DNA of 63,577 nt, filler included, from Octopus bimaculoides (Eukaryota), in NCBI RefSeq assembly GCF_001194135.2. It is 7 parts of 6 records of this genome, joined end to end, with 100 filler letters (N's around TTAATTAATTAA, not from the genome) between each part and the next. Parts side by side here need not be neighbours in the genome. Positions count along the whole stretch, not along the records: positions 1 to 29,189 come from NC_068986.1; 6 more parts are not named here. One strand, 5' to 3'. Position 1 is the stretch's first letter. Every line of letters begins with the position of its first letter. The translations under genes and the position numbers were made by a program. Shown one piece after another: positions 1 to 13,849 of this stretch. The notes beneath the pieces were generated by a model. It saw only the letters and a list, made by a program, of their open reading frames with translations, searched no databases and was not told the DNA's origin.

Positions 1-226
1 ATGATTCTGTAAACTACGGAACAAATGATAGTCTGAAGGAGCGTGGTCGGGAGAATAAGGTGGATGAGGAATTTTTTCCCAACCAAGCTCTTCGATCTTC
101 TGTGATGTGATCTTTGCTGTGTGGGGTCACGCATTGTCCTGATGAAACATCACTCCTTTTCGATTCACTAAAGCAGGCCTTTTTTTTATTCAAAGCTTGG
201 TTCAAACGCTCTAGTTGCTGACAGTA
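1..226 (-). mobile_element. Mariner (DD34D) transposase C-terminal relic
   Basis: Manual minus-strand translation with one frameshift: YCQQLERLNQALNKK/RPALVNRKGVMFHQDNA*PHTAKITSQKIEELGWEKIPHPPYSPDHAPSDYHLFRSLQNH, containing the HDNA-like and YSPDLAPSD-like mariner motifs. Runs off the window start. Confidence 0.92.
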
Positions 227-1790
<1,564 letters not shown>

Positions 1791-2233
1791 TTAGTAAATG
1801 AATTGCTTTTATCGTCAATGAGTTGGGCGTCAGAAGTGATCAGCGTTTACGATATTGATTTTCTGTGTACTGAAAACATTAGGAAAGCTTCCAAGTCTTT
1901 CTATATATTATCTGAAATCAAATCGATGTTTGGGACAGTAATTAGTTTAGTTGTGAAACATCCCGGCCACACAGAGTCCGCTCAATGGGTTGTTTGTGTA
2001 TGGTGTACCATACGGGACATAATTACATAACGCAATTTCTTTTGACTTGTTAACAACTTTCATTTTCGTACTCGATTCCCTTACGTTGTTCGAAAAAAAC
2101 AAAACAAAAAAAAACAGAAATGTTCTTGTTTTCGGCGATGGTGATGGTAGTGGTGATGGTTGGTGATGACGACGAACAACGAAGATAACGATGATGATGA
2201 TGATGACGACGACAAAACGACGACGATGTTGAT

Positions 2234-2410
2234 AATTCTTTCTACTATAGGCACAAGGCCTGAAATTTTGGGGAGGAGCATAGTCGATTACATCGACCCC
2301 AGTGCATAACTGGTACTCAATTTATCGACTCTGAAAGGATGAAAGGCAAAGTCGACCTCGGTGGAACTTGAGATACCGCTAAGCATTTCGTCCGGCGTGC
2401 TAACGATTCT
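2234..2410 (-). mobile_element. tRNA-headed SINE, family A, tail variant A2 (..GGCCTTGTGCC..); head interrupted by an A1 copy
   Basis: Matches other family A copies (central GACTTTGCCTTTCATCCTTTCGGGGTCGATAAATTAAGTACCAG block); has a small internal deletion. Confidence 0.9.
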
Positions 2411-2642
2411 TATTTCTTTATTGCCCACAAGGGGCTACACATAGAGGGGATAAACAAGGACAGACAAAGGGATTAGGTCGATTACATCGACTCCAGTGCG
2501 TAACTGGTACTTAATTTATCGACCCCGAAAGGATGAAAGGCAAAGTCGACCTCGGCGGAATTTGAACTCAGAACGTCACGTCAGATGAAATACTGCTAAG
2601 CATTTCACCCGGCGTGCTAACGATTCTGCCAGCTCACCGCCT
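2411..2642 (-). mobile_element. Full-length SINE family A, tail variant A1 (..GTGGGCAATAAAGAAATA)
   Basis: Near-identical to 14455-14683, 22785-23016, 51063-51291 and 60506-60737. A-box-like TGGCAGAATCG and B-box-like GAGTTCAAATTCC in the head. Confidence 0.93.
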
Positions 2643-2992
2643 GTTGATAATAATGACGGCACGGACGACGACGACGACGACGACGATGATGATGATGATT
2701 ATGGCGATGACTTCGACGTCGATGAGAACGATGATATTGAAGATGATGACAGTGTTTGAAGTCGCTTTAGTGGCGGTGGTGTTATTTTTGTTGATGATGA
2801 TGATGATGATGATGATGATTATGATGCTTATTTTTAACCCTAGGTCAGCGTTCCTTGAGCAAGCCCGTGATCAGATGCCTTTCAACCACGTCTAAACCCT
2901 TTTTTATTCAAGCACAGTAAAAGCAGCAGAAATATAACAAAACCTGTTTCTCAGAGTTGTGCGCGCGTGAATGTGTGTGCGTGCGTGTGTGG

Positions 2993-3274
2993 GTGAAGGC
3001 GCGTGGCCTAGTGGTCAGGGCATTGCACTCACTATCACTAGATCACGGGGTCAATTTCCTGGCCGGACGGCGCGTTGTGTTCTGGTGCACATCACTTCAT
3101 TTCACGTTATTCCATTTCACTCAGTTATACATGGATAAACATGTGACAGAATAGCCATGCAATCAAGTGGAAAGTCGGCCTACTCGCCACGTCATCGAGG
3201 TGGTGTAATTTGAAAACTGAAGCAATGCAGTGCACATTCTGACCAGCGATGTATAACAACATCTGATAATCTGG

Positions 3275-3278
<4 letters not shown>
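2993..3278 (+). mobile_element. tRNA-headed SINE with a family D-like head and a different 3' part
   Basis: Head GTGAAGGCGCGTGGCCTAGTGG and GCGTTGTGT..CACTTCATTTCACG match family D copies; the 3' half does not. Confidence 0.7.
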
Positions 3279-3350
<72 letters not shown>

Positions 3351-4082
3351 TAGCATTGTTACTCAAGAAACAGGAAGAAAGAGTGAGAGCAAGTTGGGGC
3401 GAAAGAGTCCAANNNNNNNNNNNNNNNNNNNNNNNNNNNNNNNNNNNNNNNNNNNNNNNNNNNNNNNNNNNNNNNNNNNNNNNNNNNNNNNNNNNNNNNN
3501 NNNNNNNNNNNNNNNNNNNNNNNNNNNNNNNNNNNNNNNNNNNNNNNNNNNNNNNNNNNNNNNNNNNNNNNNNNNNNNNNNNNNNNNNNNNNNNNNNNNN
3601 NNNNNNNNNNNNNNNNNNNNNNNNNNNNNNNNNNNNNNNNNNNNNNNNNNNNNNNNNNNNNNNNNNNNNNNNNNNNNNNNNNNNNNNNNNNNNNNNNNNN
3701 NNNNNNNNNNNNNNNNNNNNNNNNNNNNNNNNNNNNNNNNNNNNNNNNNNNNNNNNNNNNNNNNNNNNNNNNNNNNNNNNNNNNNNNNNNNNNNNNNNNN
3801 NNNNNNNNNNNNNNNNNNNNNNNNNNNNNNNNNNNNNNNNNNNNNNNNNNNNNNNNNGAACCTCAGAAGGGGTAAATATCCAAGCAAGGTGTATACTGCA
3901 GGGTACTCTTCGAGCCAAGGATATCTTGATTAAATGAAATTTTACACTGTCGCATGGAATTACATGTTAACATACCCCCACCCCACCCCACCCCCACACA
4001 CGCACACACACATGCACCTTCAAGTATATATTTCCCACTATTTCATTGGATATACGAAAGCACCACTACGAGGTCTCTTCAG

Positions 4083-4278
4083 TTGACACCAACAACAGCT
4101 AAATTATATCGCCTTAAAAGAGAAGATGCGTTATAGAATGTAGTTGTGGATAATCTGTGCTTGGAAAAAGACAATGCAGTTATGGTGGGAATCCCTTTGA
4201 TTACAAATCTGCTTGTTAAATGCCAAATTGAGGATGAAGGACCATCCCATGTCGAGAAGACCATAATTTTCTCGCGGA
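4083..4278 (+). pseudogene. Possible decayed exon (one in-frame stop)
   Basis: TCTCTTCAG acceptor at 4082 and GTATGT donor at 4279. Frame reads LTPTTAKLYRLKREDAL*NVVVDNLCLEKDNAVMVGIPLITNLLVKCQIEDEGPSHVEKTIIFSR. Family not recognised. Confidence 0.2.
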
Positions 4279-4815
4279 GTATGTAAAGTGAATGAGAAGT
4301 GAATGAAAAAATAATGAAATAAATAAATATGAGTATATGAATGAATGAAAGATCAAATGTACGAATGAATGGAAGAATAATTCAATAAATCAATGAACCC
4401 TTGATTGAGAGAATTAATGAATAACAGAGAGAGAATGAATGAATGAATGAATGAATGGTGTTATATGAAATGAATAAGTGAATGACAGGGCAGCTGTGTT
4501 ACTGAATGAATGAATGAATGAATGGATGGATGGATGGATGGTGAAGTCAATGAATAACTATGATGATACAGGGTAGATGTCCAAAGAAATCAATAGAAAG
4601 TTTTGTATGAAAGTAAATTTAAAAAAAAAAATGTTTTCGTACAGCACAAGTCAGCTAGAAACTAAGGTCTCGAGATGCGATTTGAGAAAATGTATGAATA
4701 GCTCAGCACAATGATAATAATAATAATAACAATAATAATAATTATAATAATAATAGTAATAATAATGATAATAATAATACAAATAATAATGATGATGATG
4801 ATGATGAAAATAATA

Positions 4816-5372
4816 GCCAGGTGCTGGCTCTCATAGCTTCTGATCTTAACTGATTGGATGTGCTGTCATGATTTGTCTTGGTATAAAAGAAGGGCTACAG
4901 CAAATATTCTGCTCAATACCACAGATTTGCTTACCAGTTGTTTGACCTTAACCAGTTGAGCATGTCCCTTGATGGCTGGCGATATGTACATCTCTGATCA
5001 TGAACAGAAGTAGTGGAGGAGCATCATAGCTATGTGCTGAGAGGAATTCTTTGGGATTCGAATAATCCGCATGTGGAAGCATGGGTGTTTTGTTTGACAT
5101 CCTTAAACCACCCTTATTCGAGGACCTTTTGAGTGGGGAGAGCTACTCAACCCGAAGAGAATTCTAACAGGGCCCCACCTGCGAGGTCATGCGCTGTTTA
5201 TCCTGATATGAAATCACCATGTCGCGCACATATGGTTGTGGTGCATATACCTGGTGTACCCTTATCAGACGGGTAGTCATGATGGGTATACTGGGCTTCG
5301 TATATTTTACCCCAGTGTCACTGCTCTCTCTGGCATGCACTGCTCTCTCTGGCATGCACTGCTCTCTCACTC
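4816..5372 (+). mobile_element. Unclassified element embedded in (TAA)n, probably the 3' portion of a non-LTR retroelement
   Basis: Complex sequence bounded by AAT/GAT tracts on both sides; ends CACTC followed by (AAT)n; terminal 19-bp unit ACTGCTCTCTCTGGCATGC repeated about 2.5 times. No coding motif recognised. Confidence 0.45.
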
Positions 5373-5545
<173 letters not shown>

Positions 5546-5925
5546 ATTTAACTCCGCTGTAGATGATAATAAAATAAAATAATAAGGACAACTAAGGTGG
5601 ATGGAGGAATAATGGAATAAGTAAACGAATGACAAATCGATGGCAAATGGTGTATTTAAAGTAGGTATCAATTTTGTAATTATTTTCTAGTTATCACAAC
5701 AGACTTTGCGGCATGTTGACATAAGGAAACTTCAAAGAAATCTCTTTGTTGCCAAATGGGAATGGTGAGGAGACAGAATTCTAAATATTGTCTATCTTAC
5801 TATATTTTATTTTACTTATTTGTTTATTTATTTATTTATTTATTTTTCTAAACTTATACATACACGCGTGTCAGTAATATACGCAATTCAATACAAAACG
5901 CTCCTATAAATATATATATATATAC

Positions 5926-6009
<84 letters not shown>

Positions 6010-6622
6010 NNNNNNNNNNNNNNNNNNNNNNNNNNNNNNNNNNNNNNNNNNNNNNNNNNNNNNNNNNNNNNNNNNNNNNNNNNNNNNNNNNNNNNNNNNN
6101 NNNNNNNNNNNNNNNNNNNNNNNNNNNNNNNNNNNNNNNNNNNNNNNNNNNNNNNNNNNNNNNNNNNNNNNNNNNNNNNNNNNNNNNNNNNNNNNNNNNN
6201 NNNNNNNNNNNNNNNNNNNNNNNNNNNNNNNNNNNNNNNNNNNNNNNNNNNNNNNNNNNNNNNNNNNNNNNNNNNNNNNNNNNNNNNNNNNNNNNNNNNN
6301 NNNNNNNNNNNNNNNNNNNNNNNNNNNNNNNNNNNNNNNNNNNNNNNNNNNNNNNNNNNNNNNNNNNNNNNNNNNNNNNNNNNNNNNNNNNNNNNNNNNN
6401 NNNNNNNNNNNNNNNNNNNNNNNNNNNNNNNNNNNNNNNNNNNNNNNNNNNNNNNNNNNNNNNNNNNNNNNNNNNNNNNNNNNNNNNNNNNNNNNNNNNN
6501 NNNNNNNNNNNNNNNNNNNNNNNNNNNNNNNNNNNNNNNNNNNNNNNNNNNNNNNNNNNNNNNNNNNNNNNNNNNNNNNNNNNNNNNNNNNNNNNNNNNN
6601 NNNNNNNNNNNNNNNNNNNNNN

Positions 6623-6659
<37 letters not shown>

Positions 6660-7004
6660 AATAAAATGAGACAACAAATCCAAGGCTGTGTGGTATTTTC
6701 AGGACACTTATAAAGTAATGTTAGTCTTACAGCTGTTTCCCTCATATTAGGGATAACCGTTCTTCAGAGACGATGTGAGGTGGTTAAATAGAGGGAAATA
6801 TTAGAGTTCAGTATCATGAGTTATTTTGGAAAAGGAGGAGAATAAGGAGCATATAGGAAAATAGGAGAATGAATGTAGAAACAAAATTAAAAATATATAA
6901 AGATGTTATAGTTGCATTTCTATATACATATATATATGTATATTTATATATATATAGATATATATACATACATATAGATACACACACACACACACACACA
7001 TATA

Positions 7005-7089
<85 letters not shown>

Positions 7090-8423
7090 ATGTATATATA
7101 CATACATATATATATCTAATACACACACACACATGTGTGTAAATGTGTGTGTGAGAGAGAGAGAGGGGGGAGAGAGCGAGGCTAGATGTGTGAATTTCAG
7201 AGTGGTTATTTTCTTCCCAAGTCACCTGACGTGCGAATATGTGCTGGAAGCAGAGAAATTTAATCGTGGACTTGATATTTCAGAACATATCCTAAAAAAG
7301 GTGCGCGCGCGTATGGTTGCCTGTGCGTGCTTGCGTTTGTGTATATATGTGTGTATGTGTGTTGCTTTTCCCAAATAACCCAATTGTGGCATTTTGGCTG
7401 TGATACACTTGTCTTTATTTAGTACTTCAGGATTTGCTTTATCTAAGTTGTTGCATCCTTTCTTAAGACGATTCAATATAATGTGAGGGTGATTCAGGTG
7501 CTATTTCTGTTAGGTTGAACAGGCACGCGTGCCTATCGAGAGTCTGAGAGTAATTAATGATACTAGTATTGCGATGACTATAACAGATACTTCAAACGAT
7601 GCACCAAAATGAAGATATTGAAGTGAATACCATTACAATAGCAAATAACTTAAAGAATATACAAAACTGGAGACATGATGGTGATCATAATCAGTGTCAG
7701 AGGTAGATCTTTTGGGGCCCGGAGTTCTTCAGTTTTAGTATGCCCTCTAGAGACCAAAATACAGGGCATATCACTAAATATACGCATCAAAGACAGTTTA
7801 TTGGATATAATTGGAAATGATATACATATATGCATACATAAACACACAATGCATACTAAATACATACATACATATATACATACATGATATGTACATACAT
7901 GATATGTACATACATAAATGCTACATACGTGCATAATATATACATAATATATGCTTGTATACAAAGGTTACATGGTAAAAAAGCTGACCAGTTATTCATT
8001 AATTTTACATAGAAATATGCATAAATACATGAATGCTAAATGTTATACATAAATGTTAAATGTTAACTGGCAATTTACTCACAGGGCTCCCACAGAGTTT
8101 TTCACATATGTACTTAATGCTTGGGTCAAATACAACAAATGAAGTACACGATGTTGAATTAGTAAATCGTTCATCGAACTTGCCTCCGGCAAAAGGGTTG
8201 ACGTTCCAACACTTTGGTATGAAAACCGCAGCAATTATCTTTTTGTTCCCTATAATTTCATTTCGAGTGCAAATGTGTGATGTTCATGCTTCTCGTTAAA
8301 TGGGATGTTTATGTTTGGGTCTTACGTCTATAATACGACGCATGATTTAAAGACAAAATCTGGATTAAAAGTCTGGAGATTCATAAGTGATGTGACATAT
8401 ATAAAGGCATTCTTCTTTTATAC

Positions 8424-8800
8424 GTGGAGGCGCAATGGCCCAGTGGTTAGGGCAGCGGACTCATGGTCATAGGATCGCGGTTTCGATTCCCAGACCGGGC
8501 GTTGTGCATGTTTATTGAGCGAAAACACCTAAAGCACCACGAGGCTCCGACAGGGGATGGTGGCAAACCGTGTTGTATTCTTTCACCACAACTTTCTCTC
8601 ACTCTTACTTTCTGTTGTGCCTGTAATTCAAAGGGTCAGCCTTGTCACACTGTGTCACGCTGAATATCCCCGAGAACTACGTTAAGGGCACACGTGTCTG
8701 TGGAGTGCTCATCCACTTGCACGTTAATTTCACGAGCAGGCTGTTCCGTTGATCGGATCAACTGGAAGCCTCGACGTCGTAAGCGACGGAGTGCCAACAA
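8424..8800 (+). mobile_element. Full-length tRNA-derived SINE family B
   Basis: A box TGGCCCAGTGG, B box GGTTTCGATTCC; near-identical inverted copy at 22319-22701; TSD CTTCTTTTAT(A/G)CG at 8412-8424 and 8801-8813. Confidence 0.93.
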
Positions 8801-8829
8801 CTTCTTTTATGCGCACATTTACAAACTTC

Positions 8830-9158
8830 GTGAAGGCGTTTGGCTTTGTGGTTACGGTAATCAGCTCACGATCGTAACGTCGTGAGTTTGGTTCCCGGCG
8901 TCGCGTTGTGTCCTTGAGCAACACAATTTACTTCACGTTGTTCCATTAAATACAGCTGACAAAAATAAGTTGTATCTGTAATTCAAACGGCCGGCCTGGT
9001 CACATTCTGTGTCACGCTGAATCGCCCTGAGAACTACTTTAATGATACGCATGTTTGTGGAGCGCTCAGCCACTTGCACGGTAATTTCACGAGCAAGCTG
9101 TTCGCTGATTGTATCAGCCGGGACCTTCATCGTCGTAACCGACGGACTACTACAACAA
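8830..9158 (+). mobile_element. tRNA-derived SINE family D (shares its 3' half with family B)
   Basis: Head GTGAAGGCG.., CORE-like GTGTCCTTGAGCAA.CAC block, 3' half homologous to 8621-8796. Confidence 0.88.
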
Positions 9159-9553
9159 ACTTCCGTTGTGCTGCTATGTCCTCTTACACTCAAATCCAGC
9201 CACAAACGTACACACGCACGCACTCAAGCACACGCACTCATGCACACGCACTCAAGCACACGCACTCATGCACATGCACACGCACGTGCACATGCACTCA
9301 CACACTTATTAGCTGAGAATACCTTTGCATTACTCTGGGACTTGGAGTTTCGTACAGAAACAATTAATCAATCGTTGGTGGAAATCATGTCATAATATGA
9401 ATTCTCCTTTCGCAGTTTGTTTGTAAGAGACAGCAAGGTAGAGGAAGAAAGAGACGGAGATGGGAGAAAAAAAGAGATAGAGAGAGACAGAGATATCAGT
9501 AGACACAGAGCGAGAGGGAGGAAGTTAGAAGGGGAGAGCGAGAGAGAGAGAGC

Positions 9554-9589
<36 letters not shown>

Positions 9590-9599
9590 NNNNNNNNNN

Positions 9600-9642
<43 letters not shown>

Positions 9643-9666
9643 AGGGGGAGGGAGAGAAATAGCGAT

Positions 9667-10180
9667 ATTCTTTTAATCTTTTATTTGTTTCAGACATTTG
9701 ACTGCGGCGATGCTGGAGCACCACCTTGAAATATTTTTGTCGAACAATTTGGCCCCATGGCTTATTTTTTAAGCCTAGCACCTATTCTATCTGTTCTTTC
9801 AGGTTATGTGGACGTCAACACAGCAACACCGGTTTTCAAGCGGTGATGGGGCGACAAACACAGACACAGACATATACATATACATACATAGTATATATAT
9901 ATATATATATATATATATATNNNNNNNNNNNNNNNNNNNNNNNNNNNNNNNNNNNNNNNNNNNNNNNNNNNNNNNNNNNNNNNNNNNNNNNNNNNNATAT
10001 ATGCATATGTATATATACGGCGGACTTGTTTTCATTTCCGTCTAGTAAATCCACTCACAAGTCTTTAGTCGGTCTGAGGCTAGCATAGAAGACACTTGCC
10101 CAAGGTGCCACGCAGTGGGACTGAACCCAGAACCATATGGTTGAGAAGCAAGCTTCTTACCACTCAGCCACTCCTGCGCG
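9667..10180 (-). mobile_element. tRNA-derived SINE family C with internal microsatellite (spans a gap)
   Basis: 5' half at 10015-10180 and 3' half at 9667-9870 match 16998-17359; CORE-like CCTTGGGCAAGTGTCTT block. Confidence 0.88.
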
Positions 10181-10699
10181 TATACGTATAAAGAAAGAAA
10201 GAAAAGCATAAGACAACAGTTAGACAAAAACAGACTTGAGAGGATAGCCGACTGAGAAAAAGACGGAGAGAGAGAGAGAAACGTAGAGAGTCTATGAGAC
10301 AGAGCAATGGAGAATCAACGAGACACTGTTAAAGTTTCATATCTACAATAACAACAACAACAACAACAACAACACCAGCAGCAGCAGCATCAATAACTGC
10401 ATCGGCAGCAACCACAAAGCAGGTGCTATCTTTCTTTAATATCGCCATAATACGACTGCACTCTTGTTTATTTTAGGCATTCGCCTTCTTTGTGGCTCAT
10501 TATTTCAGTTAATAGTAAACTGTTTATAAGTGAGATAAGATGATATTATCCATGATATTGCATTGATGATAAAAGTTTACAAACTACCATTTCCAACTGT
10601 CAGAAGGTATTAGCATAGAGCACTACATGGTTTATCAGTATTTCTCATCAACAATATCAAGCAATCTATATAGAAAATTATCTGTTGCACCAATACGCC

Positions 10700-10843
10700 A
10701 TTTTGACAGCAGGACAGAGGCCAGCGATGTTGAAGTGATTGTGGTGGTAGTTGTGATGTAGAAGCGGGGTGGTGGTGGTGATAGTGGTGGTGGTGGTGAT
10801 GATGGTGGTTGTGTTCATTGCTTTCGTGGTGGTAGTGGTTCTG

Positions 10844-10895
<52 letters not shown>

Positions 10896-11400
10896 TGGTA
10901 GTGGTCTTGTCGTCGTGATGACAGCCATCCATTGTAGGGGTTGTGGTGGTGGTGGTGGTAGTGATATCCGCCGCGTTGATAACGATATATAGTGAGTTTT
11001 TGTAGCATTCTCGGTGTTGAAGGTGGTAGTTGTGGTGGTGGTGGTGGTGGTGGTGGTAGTGGTCGTGATATTTGGTGGTATAGAATATTTCGTTTTAGTA
11101 GTGGTGGTGGTGGTGGAGGTGAGGTCATCGTCATCGTGATAACAGCCATAGAGTGTAGTTGAGGTGAAGGTGTTGATGTTGCTAGTGACGTTGTCCGTCG
11201 TGGGGATAACGATATAGCGGGATTTGATAGTATTTGCACTGGTTTGGCGGGGGTAATAGTAGTGTTATTGGTGGATTTGGTGATGATGTAAGCGGTGGTG
11301 GAGATAACGGGGTATGTTAACTGATTTACTTGATAATTGTGTTGATGGTTGTATTAGCAGTGGTATCTTAGTGGTGGCGTATGTGGTGGTGTCTATTGTA
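10700..11400. repeat. Degenerate (GTG)n/(GTA)n trinucleotide field
   Basis: Directly visible; source of the poly-P/Y/H/T ORFs in the track. Confidence 0.9.
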
Positions 11401-11810
11401 TATTCGATGCGATGGTGGTGTATGAAGATGTTTCTTTAATTCCATCTCAAAACAAGAAGATTTTATGAGGAATTTATAGACATTATAACGAGAACTATAT
11501 TATCATTTGAGTCCTTTTTAATTAGTGATTTGGCTACCATTTCTAGGAGGTTGTGTTATTAATAACAAATACCTTTGTTAGTTTGGTTGTGTTCGTTTTG
11601 TCGTTCATTGGTTTAATGAAGATCATGTGGTCATATTTGGGTTCTAGTTTTGTGTTTTAGTTGCAATGAAATTATTTGTAGACGCACTAACATCTATTAT
11701 CGTATTAGTTGCTGTTTTATTTTAGCCACAATTCAACTCTGATCAACAAATAAATAAAAGCTAAATCTCCAAGTGCAAAAGAAGTGGATGAAAACTTATG
11801 ATCTTCACAG

Positions 11811-12150
11811 TTAAAATGGCGGAATCAAGCAATGCTGACAAACTGGCTATGAAATCACAGCTTAAGCAAAACCTAGACTGACGTTAGTCTCTTGCAGTTT
11901 CGTTGTCTGATCTTGCAACACAGATTTCACATGTGCTGCAGTGGATAGCTTCGAGATCAAAGTGTATGAGTTACTCCGTAGCAGACCGGGATCCTTCCCG
12001 ATTAAAACCACGCCATCAGCATTTCTTCAAGGATGAAAAAAAATAGTCGGTAACGAGGAAGAGTTGACAACAATATCTAAGATTATATTAACCAATGTGT
12101 TCTTCGTACATTTAAACGAATGATTGTGAGAGAGTTTGGCTATTATTTCT
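11811..12150 (+). pseudogene. Possible decayed coding segment, loosely death-fold-like
   Basis: TTCACAG acceptor at 11810 then AAAATGG start at 11816. MAESSNADKLAMKSQLKQNLD*R*SLAVSLSDLATQISHV, frameshift, VDSFEIKVYELLRSRPGSFPIKTTPSAFLQG*KKIVGNEEELTTISK. Needs three stops and at least one frameshift. Confidence 0.25.
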
Positions 12151-13476
12151 AGGAAATTATGAGAGTACATAACAATAAAGTTGCTTTCAGTGACCCATGT
12201 AATGTAGGTTATATCAATGGTGACAGTAACGGAAAGGGTGCTGGTGTTAATTAAAATGGATAAGAGTTTTCGTCTGGTTACGGTGTTGTTGGAGATATTA
12301 GTGCTGATAGTAGTATTGTTAACGTATGTTCCCTGAGGACGTACATTTATTTTACAATCGTATTGATGATAGAAGTAAGTGTTGCTAACAACAGTGATAA
12401 TAATAGATGCTATCAATAACTGTATATTGTTTTTTTATAACAGTGATGTAATAGATACATATACTGACGAAAGAAAATCAAATATCTTTGTGATGGACAC
12501 TAAACTGGAAACGTAATCCGAAGTAAGATTCACAACCAACATTGTCACTATAAATAAATTCACATAACTCGTGTTGTTTAGAGCTACAGCAGCCCTGGGT
12601 GGGTAGACGTATGGCATATAATCAAAAGAATTCCATCTGCAACCATACCATCGTGACTGAATGGACAGCAGACCCATAAGAATATTAACCTGCATGTCGT
12701 TTTCTAAAGTGGTGGGATGTGATTTGAGGGAATTTTGGCAGCTGTTTGTAAAATTTGATCTTTCTATGCATAAATGTTTCGAGACTTTGAAATTTCCTGC
12801 ACGGGAATCCAATGCCCTGTTATTCGTTAATAATGATTTCTCACTTTGGTGCAATGATAGACAATTTCTAAAAGTCTTGGGGTCGATTTAATCTGGTTCC
12901 TTAAGTTGTACTTTTTCTAGGAAACCTCTACCGTAGGACAGGAATAATCGACCTCGATGGAGTTCGATATCACAATATAAAGAGACATCAGTAAATACCA
13001 CAAGCCATCTTGTCTGATGCTTTACCGTTTTTTGAGAGTCCATTTATTCAGAACCACAAAATATTTTGGCGCGACTTATGCTGTCATCCATCATTCCGCC
13101 ACTACGAGATAGGTTGTCTGATGCTCAACCAAATTTGACAATCCAGTGTTTCGGTACCACTTGACTTATAATGAGGATGCCATAGAAAATATTTCAGGAT
13201 TCACAATACAACGACTGCCAAGCTTTTTGTCTGGAAGATTTAATGATTCTGCTACAAACCGCTATTTGACTATGTTAATATTACTGCTACTATAAATACT
13301 ACTGAGACTAATAATAATAATAGTAATATCACAATGATATCACCATGATGTTACTTGAAATTTAGATATTTGGGAATCATTTCTTTACACATCAAACATC
13401 ATGCGGCAATGAATAGTTTTCAGTTGGTAAATTTAATAGGTGTGTGTGCGCGAATGTATGTGCGCACATGTGTGTA

Positions 13477-13513
<37 letters not shown>

Positions 13514-13849
13514 GAGAGAGAGAGAGACAGAGAGACAGAGAGAGAGAAAGAGAGAGAAGGACAATGAGTTTAACGTTTTGGTTGAATTTATAATACAGAC
13601 TTAAGTGTGTGTGTGTGTGTGTATTGTATAATAGATTCATATATATATATATATGTATATATGTTTACATCTCTCTCTATGCACACACGCACATACATAT
13701 ATATATATACATACATACACTTGAATATAAATGTATATGTTTGTATGTGTGTGTGGGGGGGATGCTGTCTTTGCATGAGTAATCGATATTCATACATCAT
13801 CTCTGTGTATGTATTGGTATGAACGAGCGCGTGCGTTTGTGTAAGTTTG

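Noticed and set aside
7521-7534. Perfect 14-bp palindrome AGGCACGCGTGCCT
   Set aside because: Isolated, with no supporting context; a single such word can arise by chance.
8424-8500. SINE heads as tRNA genes
   Set aside because: A and B boxes are present, but they continue into SINE bodies, lack a full cloverleaf and occur with TSDs.
12027-12890. Two same-frame minus-strand ORFs (129 and 139 aa) separated by one stop
   Set aside because: They overlap decayed trinucleotide repeat and a family E fragment, show no motif, and are probably a shadow frame.
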